A DNA stretch of 64,000 nucleotides from the human T2T-CHM13v2.0 reference genome, Homo sapiens, in assembly GCF_009914755.1 (NCBI RefSeq), contig NC_060927.1. The stretch is one strand, 5' to 3'. Shown in pieces: positions 27,612 to 44,737 of the stretch. Both the position numbers and the translations under genes were made by a program. The notes under the pieces were generated by a model. It did no database searches. It worked only from the letters and a program-made list of their open reading frames with translations, and had not been told where the DNA came from. Numbering within the stretch: the stretch's first letter is position 1; each line of letters begins with the position of its first letter.

Positions 27612-28870
27612 TAATTCAGTGAATTTTTATTAGATACCTGCTTTGAGCTGAGAGTATGCTGGCTAGCAAAGAGTTTAGTGAGCATGGTGGGGAGGTGAGA
27701 GTAGACACAGACAAGTAAAGTGACTGTATCAGTGGTGTATGGTGAGAGTCACTAGAGATCACAAGCAGCCTGAATCTAGACCACTCGCTGCAAAGGCCTT
27801 CCAGAAGGTGTGATAGCAAAGCTAAGTTAGGAGCAAGCTGGGTGATGGGGAGGAAAAGTGTTTCAGGCACAGGAAAATACAGAGGTCTCTAAGAGAGAGT
27901 AGAAACACGCTTGCTGTGGTTGAAACTAGAGTACAAGTGGGATGAGTGGAAGGTATGAGACTGGAAACCAGGGACTGGCTGCTGAAGGGCTACGTTAGCC
28001 ACGTAAAGGAGTTATACTGTGACCTTGAGGTCAGTAGGGAATGGCTGCAAGCAGGAGTAAAATTCAGTGGTCCTTAAATGGAGAATAAGCAGGGAGACAG
28101 AGCACCCAGATGCTGTTACAGTGGTAAGATGGTGGCCTGAGCAGTGGGCAAGGGAGGCAGAGGGAAATGGATGAATTCTGGAGATACTGGGCTGGTAAAA
28201 ATGACTGGGCATTGTATTTGATTGGCAGGGAAGGTGAGGTAGGCAGAGTTAAGGAATGGTGCTCCACAGGATTTAAACTTAGGCAACTGATGGAAAGTGA
28301 TGCTTTTTAATGAAATAGAGAAAAGACAGGGAGCAAGTTTGGTGAAGGATGATGAATTTGTGTGAAAAGTACACAGACTGGGGAAACTGGTGGAGAGGAC
28401 ATTGGTTTGACACATTTGTTTGGAATAAAGGCTGGAATTTTGTATGGGTAATAGTCAATTCCACAGAAGGCCTGGAGTTGAAGATTAAAATCAGGATTAG
28501 GCATTTAGCTGTGGCTGTCCTTTCTTCATGGTGACATTTGAAACCCCCTGAGAGACTTAATGATTATAGTGAGAAAGCATAGTGTAAGAAGAGAAGTGAC
28601 TCAAACCAAACTTAGGATACTTCTCATTTAGTGTAAAAAAGATGTTGGAATGAAGCTTAAAAAAAGGAGCAGTGAGGAGGGAAATCAGATAGTTTTTGCC
28701 AAGCCAAGGAAAGAAGGAATATTTTCAAATGGGAATGGTCAAGCACAAAAGCTGAGGGGAATGAGAACTGAATATAAGTTGTTATTTTGTGAATAAAGTA
28801 CAATTCCATGTGACGTTGCAGGTAGAAGCCAAATTGGAGGAGGCCAGCACAGGAGAATGGGTAGGGATTT
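27612..28870 (-). mobile_element. Ancient L2 remnant
   Basis: G/A-rich degenerate sequence with the reverse-complement L2 3' end at ~27612-27665. Confidence 0.6.
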
Positions 28871-28993
28871 AAGGGGTTCAGTGGATTGAAACTTTGCTGC
28901 TTTGTCACCTGATTTATCCTATTAGAATGATATCTTCATCCCATTCATGTTCATTCACCTTAATAACATCTTAAAAATCTTTTTAGAAAGTCC

Positions 28994-29075
28994 ATATATA
29001 TATATATATATACACACACACGTACATATATATATGTATATATATATATAAATATGTATATGTATATATATATAA
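28994..29075. repeat. (TA)n/(CA)n compound microsatellite upstream of an exon
   Basis: Direct reading. Confidence 0.9.
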
Positions 29076-29180
29076 ATGAAGAATATGACTTAGCCTAATG
29101 AAAATTCCATGTGGAAAAATTTTGTAAGATGCATGTGATTTACATGTTATATTTATTTTTTTCTGTTTTCCCCTTTTCAG

Positions 29181-29267
29181 GAGATTTTGGATCAGCTGGA
29201 GTCACTCAAATTAGAAAATCGTCATCTTTCTGAAATGGTGATGAAATTGGAATTGGGTTTACATGAG
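29181..29267 (+). CDS. CEP63: CEP63 coding exon 9 (87 nt, 0-0): [29 protein letters not shown]
   Basis: ccccttttcag acceptor, GAG|GTAC donor. Confidence 0.95.
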
Positions 29268-29458
29268 GTACATAAATAGAAACTTAAGTTTTTCTACTAT
29301 CCAAGCCTTCAAAAAAATTACTTTGTAAATATTTACATTATAAAGAGAGAATTAAGATCAACTTAGATCCTTTTGCAGAAATTTTCTCAAAGAAAATGAA
29401 GGTAAAACAATACTGGAAGTGAGCAAAATATGACTCTCCACTCCAGCAGCAGGAAGGG

Positions 29459-29757
<299 letters not shown>

Positions 29758-31303
29758 AGGAAGGTATTTTTTTATATTATGTATGTGATAAAATTTACCT
29801 ACAGTCTGTGTTCTTAGTTGGAAGAATGTATATGAAGGACTTAGCATATAGTACATAGTACCTGACACTTAGTAAGTATGCAATACATCCTAGATGGTGG
29901 TATTATTATTATTATTATTATTGTTAATGATTATTATGTTTGTTATCTTTTTAGAAAGTATATTGTCTTTAAAATAATTTAATTTTAATTTTATTTCTAC
30001 AAGATATTCACATAATAAAATATTTTAGAATCTTTTATATCCAAGGACTTTTAGTAGGTGCTATAATGAACACAGGCTGAATAAGATAGCATTCTTGCCT
30101 TTAAGAGAGATTTTGGATCAGCTGCAATTACTCAAATTACTCTAGCCTTTAAGAGACTAGAGTAATCTAGTAGCAAGGATAAGAAATGCATACAAGCTTC
30201 TGTGAAACCAGAGAGAACATGATTAGCCAACAGTGAATTACAGTATAGATGCTCTTTTAACTGTTTTGTTACAAAATTCCTATAATTTGCAAAATGACTC
30301 ATCTATTCTGACCCATCTTTTCTTGGTGTAGGTCAGATGTCTGAAAATTGTATAAATGCTTTTTTCCTGCATTTCCAGAGAGTATTCCTCCAAAAAGATA
30401 TATGGTTCCAACATGCTCCCTGTTTGCTCTGAAAAATTCTAATTTCACAATCCAGGATTGTGGATACTGGGGTGGAAGAACATGCAAAAGACTATTATAG
30501 AGTACCTTATTTCAACTGGAAAAATGGGGGACTATTTTTGTAATCTTTCAGAAGGGTAAGATTCTCCAAACATCATGACGCCATAGAGGATTTTACAACA
30601 TAAAAATGTGAAGTTTCTGGATGGTAAAAGGCCCTATTAAAAAAGACTAATAGGGAGAAAACAGTTTATAATCAGACAAAAGGTTAATGTAAATTATTAA
30701 TATATAAAAATTCCCTACAAAGATAATAAGGAAAAGATAATCTAGTAGAAAAATAGGCAAAGAATGTAGATAGATACCTCACAGAATTAATATAAATATC
30801 TAGTAAACAAAGAAAACTGTTCAACCTCTCTAATAAAGCAAAATAGACATTCTTTTACTAATTGGTTTGATAATAACCTTTAAAAACTAATATATAGCCA
30901 GTGTTAGAAAGATGTAAGGAAACAGACTTATTGCACTGTCAATGAGAAAGTGAATTGATACGGCCTTTCTAGAGGACAGCTTAGCAATATCCATCAAATG
31001 CGTAAATACGTATAGCCTCTAAATTCCTGGGTCGTGTGTGTTTCTGATTTTGATAGTCCTTGCTGAATTGTTTTCAGAATGGTCTTATCTTTTTACATTC
31101 CCATGGAAACCATTCTCTAGGAGCAAGTGTGCATAAAATGGTCATTGAAGTATTGTTCGCAATATCCAAAATTTTGAAATAAACTAAATATTTATTTCAA
31201 TGGTTAATTTTTGATTTTATGAATATTACACTGTCATTGAAGGTGGCAGATGAAAACACTCATCTGATCTTGCTCTATCCTCAAATCCCTCTAAAACTAT
31301 CAT

Positions 31304-33635
<2,332 letters not shown>

Positions 33636-35394
33636 AAAGCGCAAACCCACGAGGTTGGGAATAATAGGAGAGGAGACAATAGCTAAACATTTTGTAAGGG
33701 GGAAAGTGGGAAGGAGGGAAGGAAGGAAGGAAGGGAGGGAGGGAACTTGATATCCCCTAATAAAGTCAATACTAAGCTAGTAGTGGAGAACTCTAAGAAC
33801 TAAACTGATTTACACCACAGAATTCTGTAAAGGCTTAGGATTCAGCAGTACTTGGTTGAGAGACTCTTATCTTATGCAGTGATTATCTGTTCATATTTAA
33901 GAATTGAGAACTCTCAGGGGAACTTAAGCCAGACCATGACCAGAGATGCTGTTCAGCTTAATTTCTCCTGAAACTTCCAGCTATCAATAATAGTGGTAAT
34001 ACTGTTCTTTCTTTACACAGCTAGATGTGTGCTCGCTACTCAGTTTTCATATTACCTTTCATATTCATTTATCTGTAGTAATTGTTTATAAAATAATAAC
34101 TTAGAGAAATTTTTAAAACATACCTGAATGAAGGTAAGCATTATCATTTTTTAATAAGTATGTTTAATGACATCAGACATCAAACTGGTGAAAACCTTGT
34201 CAGCAGTTTAAGCTTTCTCTAGTTTTGAAATTACATACAGTGTGAATATGTTGTACATATTATGAAGAATAATTATTAGAAAATGCCCTTTTGTATTTTA
34301 CCATGTAGGAAGCTGAAGTTACTTGTACAAATGAATGTTTGGGTTAAATGTCTATTTTAATAAATTACCTAATTATCTTAATAATGAAAGCAACAGCTCT
34401 GATAAATTACTGACCATGTTTTAAAAACCGATAATAGTTTCATTTTAACTCGTATGTCCTGCAGATGTTCTTCTCTGATATTTTATCTGGCATTGACAAC
34501 TTGTTGAAAGATTTTGTAGCTCATAGTCACTACTTGTACACAGATAGTTCACAGGTATATTTTAAAGTTTATGTTTTTGTTAGGAAAATTATGTTTGTCA
34601 GACCACTCTTGACCAGCTTACTTTCATAATTTGTTTTTTTGTTTTTTTTTTTTTTTTACAGAAAAGACCAAGCTAACCATGGTATTAAACTCCAAAGATT
34701 ACCATAACTTTGCATAATACTAATTAAAATATTTTGTCATTAGAAAAAAAATCACCCAGACTACCATTTTTTCAAGTAGTGTCTTACCAGGAAACACCTA
34801 GAATTGAAGAGCAATAAAATTTATGATACCAGATCAGAATAGTAATTCCCACTATATACTTGAATCCTGCTTTATCATGTCCAAATTTATATATGAGTAG
34901 ATACCAAAGTTGTAGAAAAGTGTTTAAGATTAGAGATTATTTATTTAAAAGTTGTCCCTGCCAGCCAGAAGATTTTTCTCACAACTTTTTGTTCAAATTT
35001 CTTTCCTTGAACTAGGTCTCCGTTTTCTTTCATTAGTATTCTGGGGCTATTCAACCTTCACCTTCTTGCAGAAGAAACATGGCTGCTATTTTCCTTCTTC
35101 TTCCCTGTTTCTGATTCCCTCTTACAGCTTTCCTCCATCCTGATTCCATCCTTCCTCCACCTTCTTGGAATTCCTTGCCACACAAGGAAGCCCGTTGTGC
35201 TTCTAGTGTTCCACTACCATTTACTTGAAGAATTCTTTATCTCTGTTAGTCTTAGGAGGCCTAAAAACAAAGCTTCATTAAAGCCATAGATTAACTACTT
35301 ACAACTAAAAAACACTGAATTTTCCAACCAGCAGTATCACAGATCACAGGTATTCTTGTACAGATTAAGTGACTCTAGTATTCTTTTTTATTAG

Positions 35395-35600
35395 GCAAAA
35401 GAGATTTCACTAGCAGACCTCCAGGAGAATTATATTGAGGCATTAAATAAATTAGTGTCTGAAAATCAACAACTACAGAAAGATTTGATGAATACCAAAT
35501 CTCAGCTGGAGATTTCTACTCAGATGTGCAAAAAACAAAATGACAGGATCTTTAAACCAACACACAGCAGAACAACTGAGTTCAAGAATACAGAGTTCAA
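35395..35600 (+). CDS. CEP63: CEP63 coding exon 10 (206 nt, 0-2): [20 protein letters not shown]...TEFKNTEF(K)
   Basis: ttttttattag acceptor, AA|GTAAAA donor (weak). Confidence 0.92.
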
Positions 35601-36402
35601 GTAAAATTTTTTAAAAGTTTATTTAAAATGTGTATTGGTACAATATAATTCTCATTTCTTTGAGAATAATTTTTGACTTACAGAAATTAAATCTTCATCA
35701 AAGGACTCTATATTTAATTCTGAAGTATAGTGTGCACAAGTAAAGCTATGATCATGTTAAAAAATGGCTGGGGGAGGTGTATAGCATTTTCATTAAAGCT
35801 TTAGTTTTGTACACTCTGGATATCAGTGTAAACAAGATGTGTATTACCTGAGGCTTTTCATGCTGCCTTCCACCTCTTCAACCCCATTTGCCCATAAGAA
35901 GTAGAATTTGGCTTTTTATAAACAGCTTCCTTTGTCTTTTTAGTCAATTTGTTATAGGCTGTTACCGTAAGAAATAAGCATTCGGTGAAAAGCCACTTGG
36001 CTTCAGCTCATACTATATGGCTTACATGTTTTCCTACCCAAAGCCTTTGCTGACACCCTCACCTCCACTCCTACACCCACCCAATCCCCTAGTTAGGTTA
36101 GGTGCCTTCTTATGTGCACAGCACTTCTCCTGTCCCAGCACTAACCACACCAGATTACTCTGGCAGCTTGTTTGTCTTTCTTGCTATACCATAAGTGTGT
36201 GAGGGCAGGGACTTGGTAGTTGGAATTGGATATTTGGGGCCTGAATGAATGAAAGAAATCTCTTTCTGATCTGAGTAGGTTGCTCATTTTGTAAATTGTA
36301 GCCTTATTAGTTAGGCTATTAAGCAAATTTCCTACATTTCTGTTGGAAAGAGAAAAGTTGCTACAATTTTTTATTTGTTTTGTTTTCTAATCTACCATCC
36401 AG

Positions 36403-36682
36403 GCCAACCCATGGCCAGCACAGACATGATGGAATAAAGACTGAGCACTACAAAACAGATCTTCATTCTCCAAGAGGACAAGCGTCGGATAGTATAAACC
36501 CCATGTCTAGGGTGCTAAGCCCCCTGAGTCCTCAAATCAGCCCTTGCAGCTCCACCAGGTCTTTGACTTCCTACTCTCTATGTAAAACTCATTCTTTGCC
36601 TTCAGCGCTAGATACAAATGAAGCCAATTTTTCTGACACTATGTCTGAGAGTATGAATGACCAAGAAGAGTTTATATCTTTG
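36403..36682 (+). CDS. CEP63: CEP63 coding exon 11 (280 nt, 2-0), Ser/Pro-rich: [12 protein letters not shown]...DQEEFISL
   Basis: accatccag acceptor, TTG|GTATGG donor; lies inside ORF 36380..36724. Confidence 0.92.
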
Positions 36683-37547
36683 GTATGGAAACTTTCTGAT
36701 CTTAGTAATTTGTTAGTTTTTTAAGTTTGCTTTGATTTTTTATTTTAAGGGTGAAGAAGGTGATTTTTTTTTCCTTACTGATTCTTTTATCATAAGTACT
36801 CTTCATTATTCTTAGGTATCCCTGTCATACAGTTTTTGCTTGTGAAGACACTTTCGGCCAAGACTACTTTTCAAAATGTTCTGAAATATGTTATACGTAT
36901 TCATTTGTCTTTAACCCTTATTGGAAATTCCCTTCTTGCCCTTTTCAGTGATGCTCAATTTTCTTCTGGAATGGTTAGTTCAAGAACTGTCTCTGGATGC
37001 CAAGATAGTCCTGAGGCACAGGCAGTGAAGGAGGAAAAGAGGAACTGCTGGAAAGGAGAAAGGGAGTGTGGAGGGGGAGGAAGGCTGTGCCTCTGATGTG
37101 TGCAGAGCATGGCTTGGGGGTCACAGATGGTGGCCCTCAGGGCAGAATGTGCCTTGGACACCATGCCGGTCCCTTGCTCCTTCCATTGCTGGGCAGGCTG
37201 CACCATCTTTTTGCCTTCTGCACCAAAGCACTTGCCATGGGCCCTTCATTTCCTGTCACCAGCTGTGGCCATATAGATGTGAAAGTGCAGTATTTCTGAC
37301 TTATTAATGTGCTACCAAGTCCATGGAAAGGTTTTCTTTTATTTTTCAAAATAAGTCCTCACTTCACTTTCTTCCTAAGTTTAGCAGCAAAATTTTTTTG
37401 GCACCAGAACTTTCCCTGGCCTGAACTGATGTGTTAGTATGTATAGACTTTCTCTATTCCACTTAGTGTGAGTATCCATGTGTTTTGCTTCAGAAATATC
37501 AGTGTGTTTGGTGATGGGATGTTCCCTCAGACTCCACTGGGGTAATA

Positions 37548-38117
37548 CAGTTGATCCTCATTATTCACAGATTTTGTATTTGTGAATTTGTCTACTCCCT
37601 AAACTTTATCTGTAACTCCCAAATCAGTATGCGCAGCACTTCCACAGTAATTCGTGGACATATGCAGAGTGACAAAAAATTTGAGTGACCGACTTGCACA
37701 ATCCCAGCCAAGGTCGAAGTAGGCAGCACTCTGCCTTGTTGCCCCTGCTTATGCGGAGGTGACCATAGGGTGGAGATGGACGGGACAGCGCAGTGTAGGG
37801 AAAGAAGCTCAGCTCCATGCCAGCTGGATAGAGTCTGAATCCCAGCTTCAGCACCAGTTAGTGGGGCAGCCTCAGGAGAGTTACCACTTCTGAACCTCAT
37901 GTCTCTCATGTGAAATAAAAAATACAGAATCTACCAGAATGATTTGTTCTAGGATTTAGGATTATGCTCTCTGTGTGGGGTATGTGTGTATGTGTGTGTG
38001 TGTGTATTTGTTGTATGTGTGTATTTTCCCTGGGCCAAAAATTCTGTGTTTGCTAATTCAGTGTTTTGGGTGACTTTATAGAACACAGCTACTGCTATTG
38101 TGAATGAGTATTGACTG
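37548..38117. mobile_element. TcMar-Tigger non-autonomous element (MER82-like)
   Basis: Imperfect TIRs CAGTTGATCCTCATT ... AATGAGTATTGACTG (12/15 match), preceded by TA. Confidence 0.65.
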
Positions 38118-38629
38118 CATATGGCATATGTTCTATGTTACCTTTCTAAAATCAGAATTCTGAAATATCACTAGCCTCAAGGGTTTCAGATAAGGGACTG
38201 TGGACTGAAAATTTGGAGGAGAAAAAATAATTGATTTTAGCTGGCATCTAATTTATTTTTGTTAAATTTTTGTGCTTTAAAATAAAAGTGACATACTTAG
38301 GTTTTTAAAGTGAGTTTGAAATAATAGGCATTAACTATGGAAGCATATATAAGTCTAAATTGAAACATTCTTCAGACCAATAACTAATATATGATACTTT
38401 ACATTGTTACAATTTGGGTCAGAAACGGAGAGATCTGTGTTAATTTTTGCAGAACTTACTGATTTTTGTTCTTTTATTGCTCTTGTCATTAGGATGAAAA
38501 CCAAAAAAGTATCTTCAGAGGAAAAAAATCACCTTTTAATATTGCTAGTTAGAAAATGTCATGAACAGTGTATCTTAGAAATATAATATTCTACTTATTT
38601 ACACATGTCAAAATTTGTGTCTCTTCCAG

Positions 38630-38788
38630 TGTTCCTTGCCTGTATCTCCCCTTGGTTCAATAGCTACCAGATTTTTGGAAGAGGAGGAACTGAGGTCTCA
38701 TCACATTCTAGAGCGCTTGGATGCCCATATTGAAGAACTAAAAAGAGAGAGTGAAAAGACAGTGAGACAATTCACAGCCTTAAAGTAG
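38630..38788 (+). CDS. CEP63: CEP63 terminal coding exon: [52 protein letters not shown]
   Basis: ctcttccag acceptor, TAG at 38786-38788; conserved C-terminal CEP63/DEUP1 helix. Confidence 0.96.
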   Translation, partial: CSLPVSPLGSIATRFLEEEELRSHHILERLDAHIEELKRESEKTVRQFTALK

Positions 38789-38814
38789 CCTCTTAAAAAA
38801 ATCACAATCTTGGA

Positions 38815-39135
38815 AATAAAAATAAACACCAAAGAGTTACTGTCATCTGAAGTAGCAGCTCTTTAAAAACATGAAGAGATAAAATTATAAAAATGATACA
38901 TCTAAAGCAGTGGTGAAGAAAGCTGAAAAACTGATACTTTTGATAGGCATTTTCTCTGCACTGGTTTGTTTAAAGGACTTCTTCCAGCAATAAGTTGAAA
39001 GAATAAACCACTTTGCTAGACTTTTTTCTCATACGAATATTTATTATCATAAAGTGATACTTACCTTGCTGACTTAAATGTGAATAGCTATGTACTAATT
39101 GAAATAAGGATTTTATGATACATGTTGAAAATAAA
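38815..39135 (+). terminator. Cluster of polyadenylation hexamers in the CEP63 3'UTR
   Basis: AATAAA at 38815, 38821, 39002 and 39130. Which one is used cannot be told from sequence alone. Confidence 0.6.
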
Positions 39136-39719
39136 GTAACTGCAGGAACTTTCTTTAGGGGAAATGTGTAGAAGCATGGATTTAGGGGTCAAACATACCT
39201 GGATCGATAGACTGGTTTTGCCACTTACCAGCCAACGGGGCTTGTTATTTACTGGGCTGGTAGCCCCTCCTAGCCAAGGGGCTGGTAGTGTGTAAAGTCA
39301 GGCTGGTAGTGAATAAGGGGGGGGTGTGCTAAAGAACCTTATCAAGCAGTCCTCTCTTTCTCAACACTCATGCAGAGGAGAGAGGCAGGGAGGGCAAGGG
39401 ACTGGCTGTCATGCACGGTGCCCATGGAATATCCATTGGAAATAAATGTTCATCGTCTGCACTGCTGAGGACAAGTTTAGATGGGAGACAAAGATCTGGA
39501 TGTTGATGTGCCGCAGGCATTTGAAACGATGGGAGTTGATAAGATCCACCAGGGAGGCTGTGGAGAGAGAGAGGAGCAGGAGGCTGGGTTTGGGGCCCTG
39601 AAAGATGCCAGCATCTGAGGATCACAGGAAATAGATCTAGCAAAGGAACTAGAATGTGCAGTTACAGATGAGAAAGGTCAGTGTAGTGTACTTGCCAGCT
39701 CAAGGGTGTGGCCTCTGTG

Positions 39720-41500
<1,781 letters not shown>

Positions 41501-43837
41501 AAATGCCATTCCTGAGGTGCACCACATCGTTTCTTTTGTGTTGGTGTGCATGCTGTCCTTCAGTTTGTCTCCTCTTCCCACACCCTGTCATGTGCTCCTA
41601 AAACTCCCCCTTTACTTGGCTACTTTATCTGGCTTGGCAAAGCTTTCCCATATCCCCTGACCCATGTCAGGGAACGTTTCTCCTCATTGCTGTCATGGCA
41701 CCCTGTGTGTGGCTCTGACCAGACTTTGCTATCCGCTTTGATTTCTGTCTTTCAGGGGCTAAGTCCTGCCTACATCCTCAGTCAGCATGCTGCCTAACAC
41801 ATAACAGATCCTAAGCAAATATTGGGTGGATGAAAATCACTACCATTCAAGGCTTCATTGTATTTATCAGTAAAACTGAAATAATATCTAATGGGGTCGA
41901 GAAGATTTACTGAAAATATATATTTGAAAGGGCTTTGCAGTTTTAAGTACTGTACCTATGTGCATTGCTGTTACATTCAGGAGATTTCTGAGTTTTAGAC
42001 AGTCCCAAGCTTCAGCTTAAAATCTGTAGACTGCAGCCCGTTTCTGAAACGTTTGTACTACGTGTTGACTAGGAGGAACAATGACAGACTCTGTAGTCAC
42101 CGGAAATACTTAAGGAATCATGAGGTACTATGTATTTCCTTAAATTATACTGTTTTTTAAAGCTGAAGTATCTAATAGTTAATGGGTTGTCCAAATTTGT
42201 CAGAACATTTGACTGTAATTTAATGTCTCACCATTTTTCAAAAAGATATATTAATACCAAATATTAAAATGTGTCAAGACTAAATCTGAGTTAGTGTCTT
42301 AACACACATTTTCCAAAATCTGTCCGTGATCAGGGTACCCAAATGAGATGAAAAGATTAGGGATTTGTAGTCTACATCTGGTGTTTACAGATAATGTTTT
42401 ATTGGGCAAGTCATCTCATTCCTCTTGTCCTGGATTCCCATGAATTTTCATCTGGATTCCTACGCAGATTTTAGCTGAAGAGGGCAAAGTTGACTTCCCA
42501 CTGTGGGCTGGACATTACCTTCCCTTGCAGACTCATTTGATCTCAACAAGTGTAGAAAAAATACTACAACACTCTGTTTCTGTGACATCTGCTTAAACCC
42601 AAACAATTCTTACCTTCTCTCTCTTACATACACATAACACCTGGTAAACTGTGGGTGATGATTTTCTGTTTGCAAAACACTCGAGTCCAGTACCTAAAAG
42701 TTGCAGATAAGAAAGATAATTACAAAATAAGCTCTATGGCATGAGAACATACGTTAAGCAAACAGTTGTCATGAACAGCACTGAAATGTAGAAAAAGTTA
42801 GAAATGTGTCAGCTTGTCCCAAAACAGTTTGAAATAGTATAAATGCATCAAAAAGTAACAAACAGAATCGGGGCAGAGGGAAAATGAGGGCTGTAAACAT
42901 TGATTCACTAATGAATCTAGTTGTCCAGTCCAGTTGCTAGAGGAAGGCAGCCAAGTTACCTCTGAGCTTCAGAGGGGGAAAAGCAGAGGAGAAAACATTT
43001 ACCTAAAAGTTTTATGGTGCCCATAAGATAAAAAAAAAAAAAAATCATACACTTAAGAAAAGCACAGATTTTATTTGTGTGTTTGAATAAGCGTTTTGTA
43101 AAGTATGTGAGTATCCAGAAGAGAAGTCCAACATTTTCATAACTGGTAATAATAATCTGCACAGCTCCCCCCACAGTGTGCTTCACTGTGGGTTGATGGC
43201 ATAAGGCTGACATCCAAATTCAGAGGAAACTGTTCTGAGAGGGCCACAAACATGATTGCGTAAAGCTCTCATGGCCTGAAAAGGGAAAATTTAGAGGGAT
43301 GATAGACTGCTTTAAACCAATCTTTTGTAAAAGCTATTTCTCCGCAGTGCAATTTTGATAATTCAGACATACAATTCACATCTTTTTTTTTTCCCTCTCT
43401 GTGAGGAACTAGAATTTGGGAATTTTATGTTGCCCATTAAGACCAGGTTCAATTATTTGACAATCATCCAGTCAGAAGAACTTTTGCACTCCTCTTACAA
43501 AAAGAACGTAAGGCAGTAGTTGATAGGGGAAGGTCTAAAACTCCTTGATATTAAATGCAAAACATTTATTAATGTTAATAATAGTAATATAATAATATTA
43601 AATGCAAAAAATGTGCATTGTGCATTTTTCTGGGGAGAAGGTTCATAATTTTCATTAGAATCTTGAAGGTGTCTGTGAATCAAAAAGAGATTAAAAACCA
43701 TAGCTTTAGGGACTAGAGTTGTCCCAGAATGGTATCCCATTTCCTGGGGAGAGACATAAAATTGGAGGAGTCCAACCTCTCCCTTCTGGGGCTGAATTTT
43801 AAAGTGCAGTTGAATAGTCATTCAAAATTTAAGCTTT

Positions 43838-44737
43838 TCAATAATAAAAAGACAATTCAGTTCAAAAATGGACAAAAGATTGGAATAGACATTTCTCCAA
43901 AGATGTACAGATGGCTATTAAGCAAATGAAAAGATGTTCAACATCATTAGTCATCAGAGAAATGCAAATCAAAATCAAAATAAGATACCATTACACATCC
44001 ACTATAATAAAAAAAAAATGGACAATCACAAGTGTTGAAGATGATGTGGAGAAATTGGAACACTCATATGTTGCTGATGGGAATGTAAAATAGTGCAGTC
44101 ACTCTGGAAGACAGTTTGGCAGTTCCTCAAAAAGAGTTACCATATTACCCAGCAATACCAATCCTAAATATATGCTCAAGAAAAATGAAAATATATCCAC
44201 ACAAAAATTTGTACACAAATGATCTTAGCAACATTATTCACAATAACACCAAAGTGGAAGCAACCTAAATATCCATCATTGATGAATGAATAAACAAAAT
44301 GTATATCCATGTAATGGAATGTTATTTGGGAGCAAAAAGATTTGAATGAAGTATTATACTACTGATGCCACAGCATGTATGAACCTTGAAAACAGGAAGA
44401 AAGCAAAAAAAAAAAAAAATCACATATTGTATGACTCCATTTACATGAATTGCCCAGAATTGACAAATCTGTAGAGATAGAAAATAGATTGGTAGTTGCT
44501 AGGGATTGGCGGCGGAAGGTTGGGGTGGGAAATGGGGTGGGGATAGGAGGATTGGGAGGTGAAGACTAAAGGGTATGGGGTTTCTTTTTGAGATGAAAAT
44601 GTTCTAAAATTGATTGTGATGGTTGCACAACTCTGAATATAACAACTAAAAACAACTGAATTGTGTACTTTAAATGGGTGAATTATATAGTATGTAAATT
44701 ATATCTTAATCACTGTTACCAAAAAAAAAAAAAAAAA
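43838..44737 (+). mobile_element. Ancient L1M 3' end with A-tail
   Basis: Degenerate ORF2 C-terminus ([19 protein letters not shown]), L1M-type 3'UTR, poly-A at ~44721. Confidence 0.75.

Noticed and set aside
44516-44560. G-quadruplex-like G-runs
   Set aside because: Part of the usual G-rich tract of an L1M 3'UTR; nothing locus-specific.
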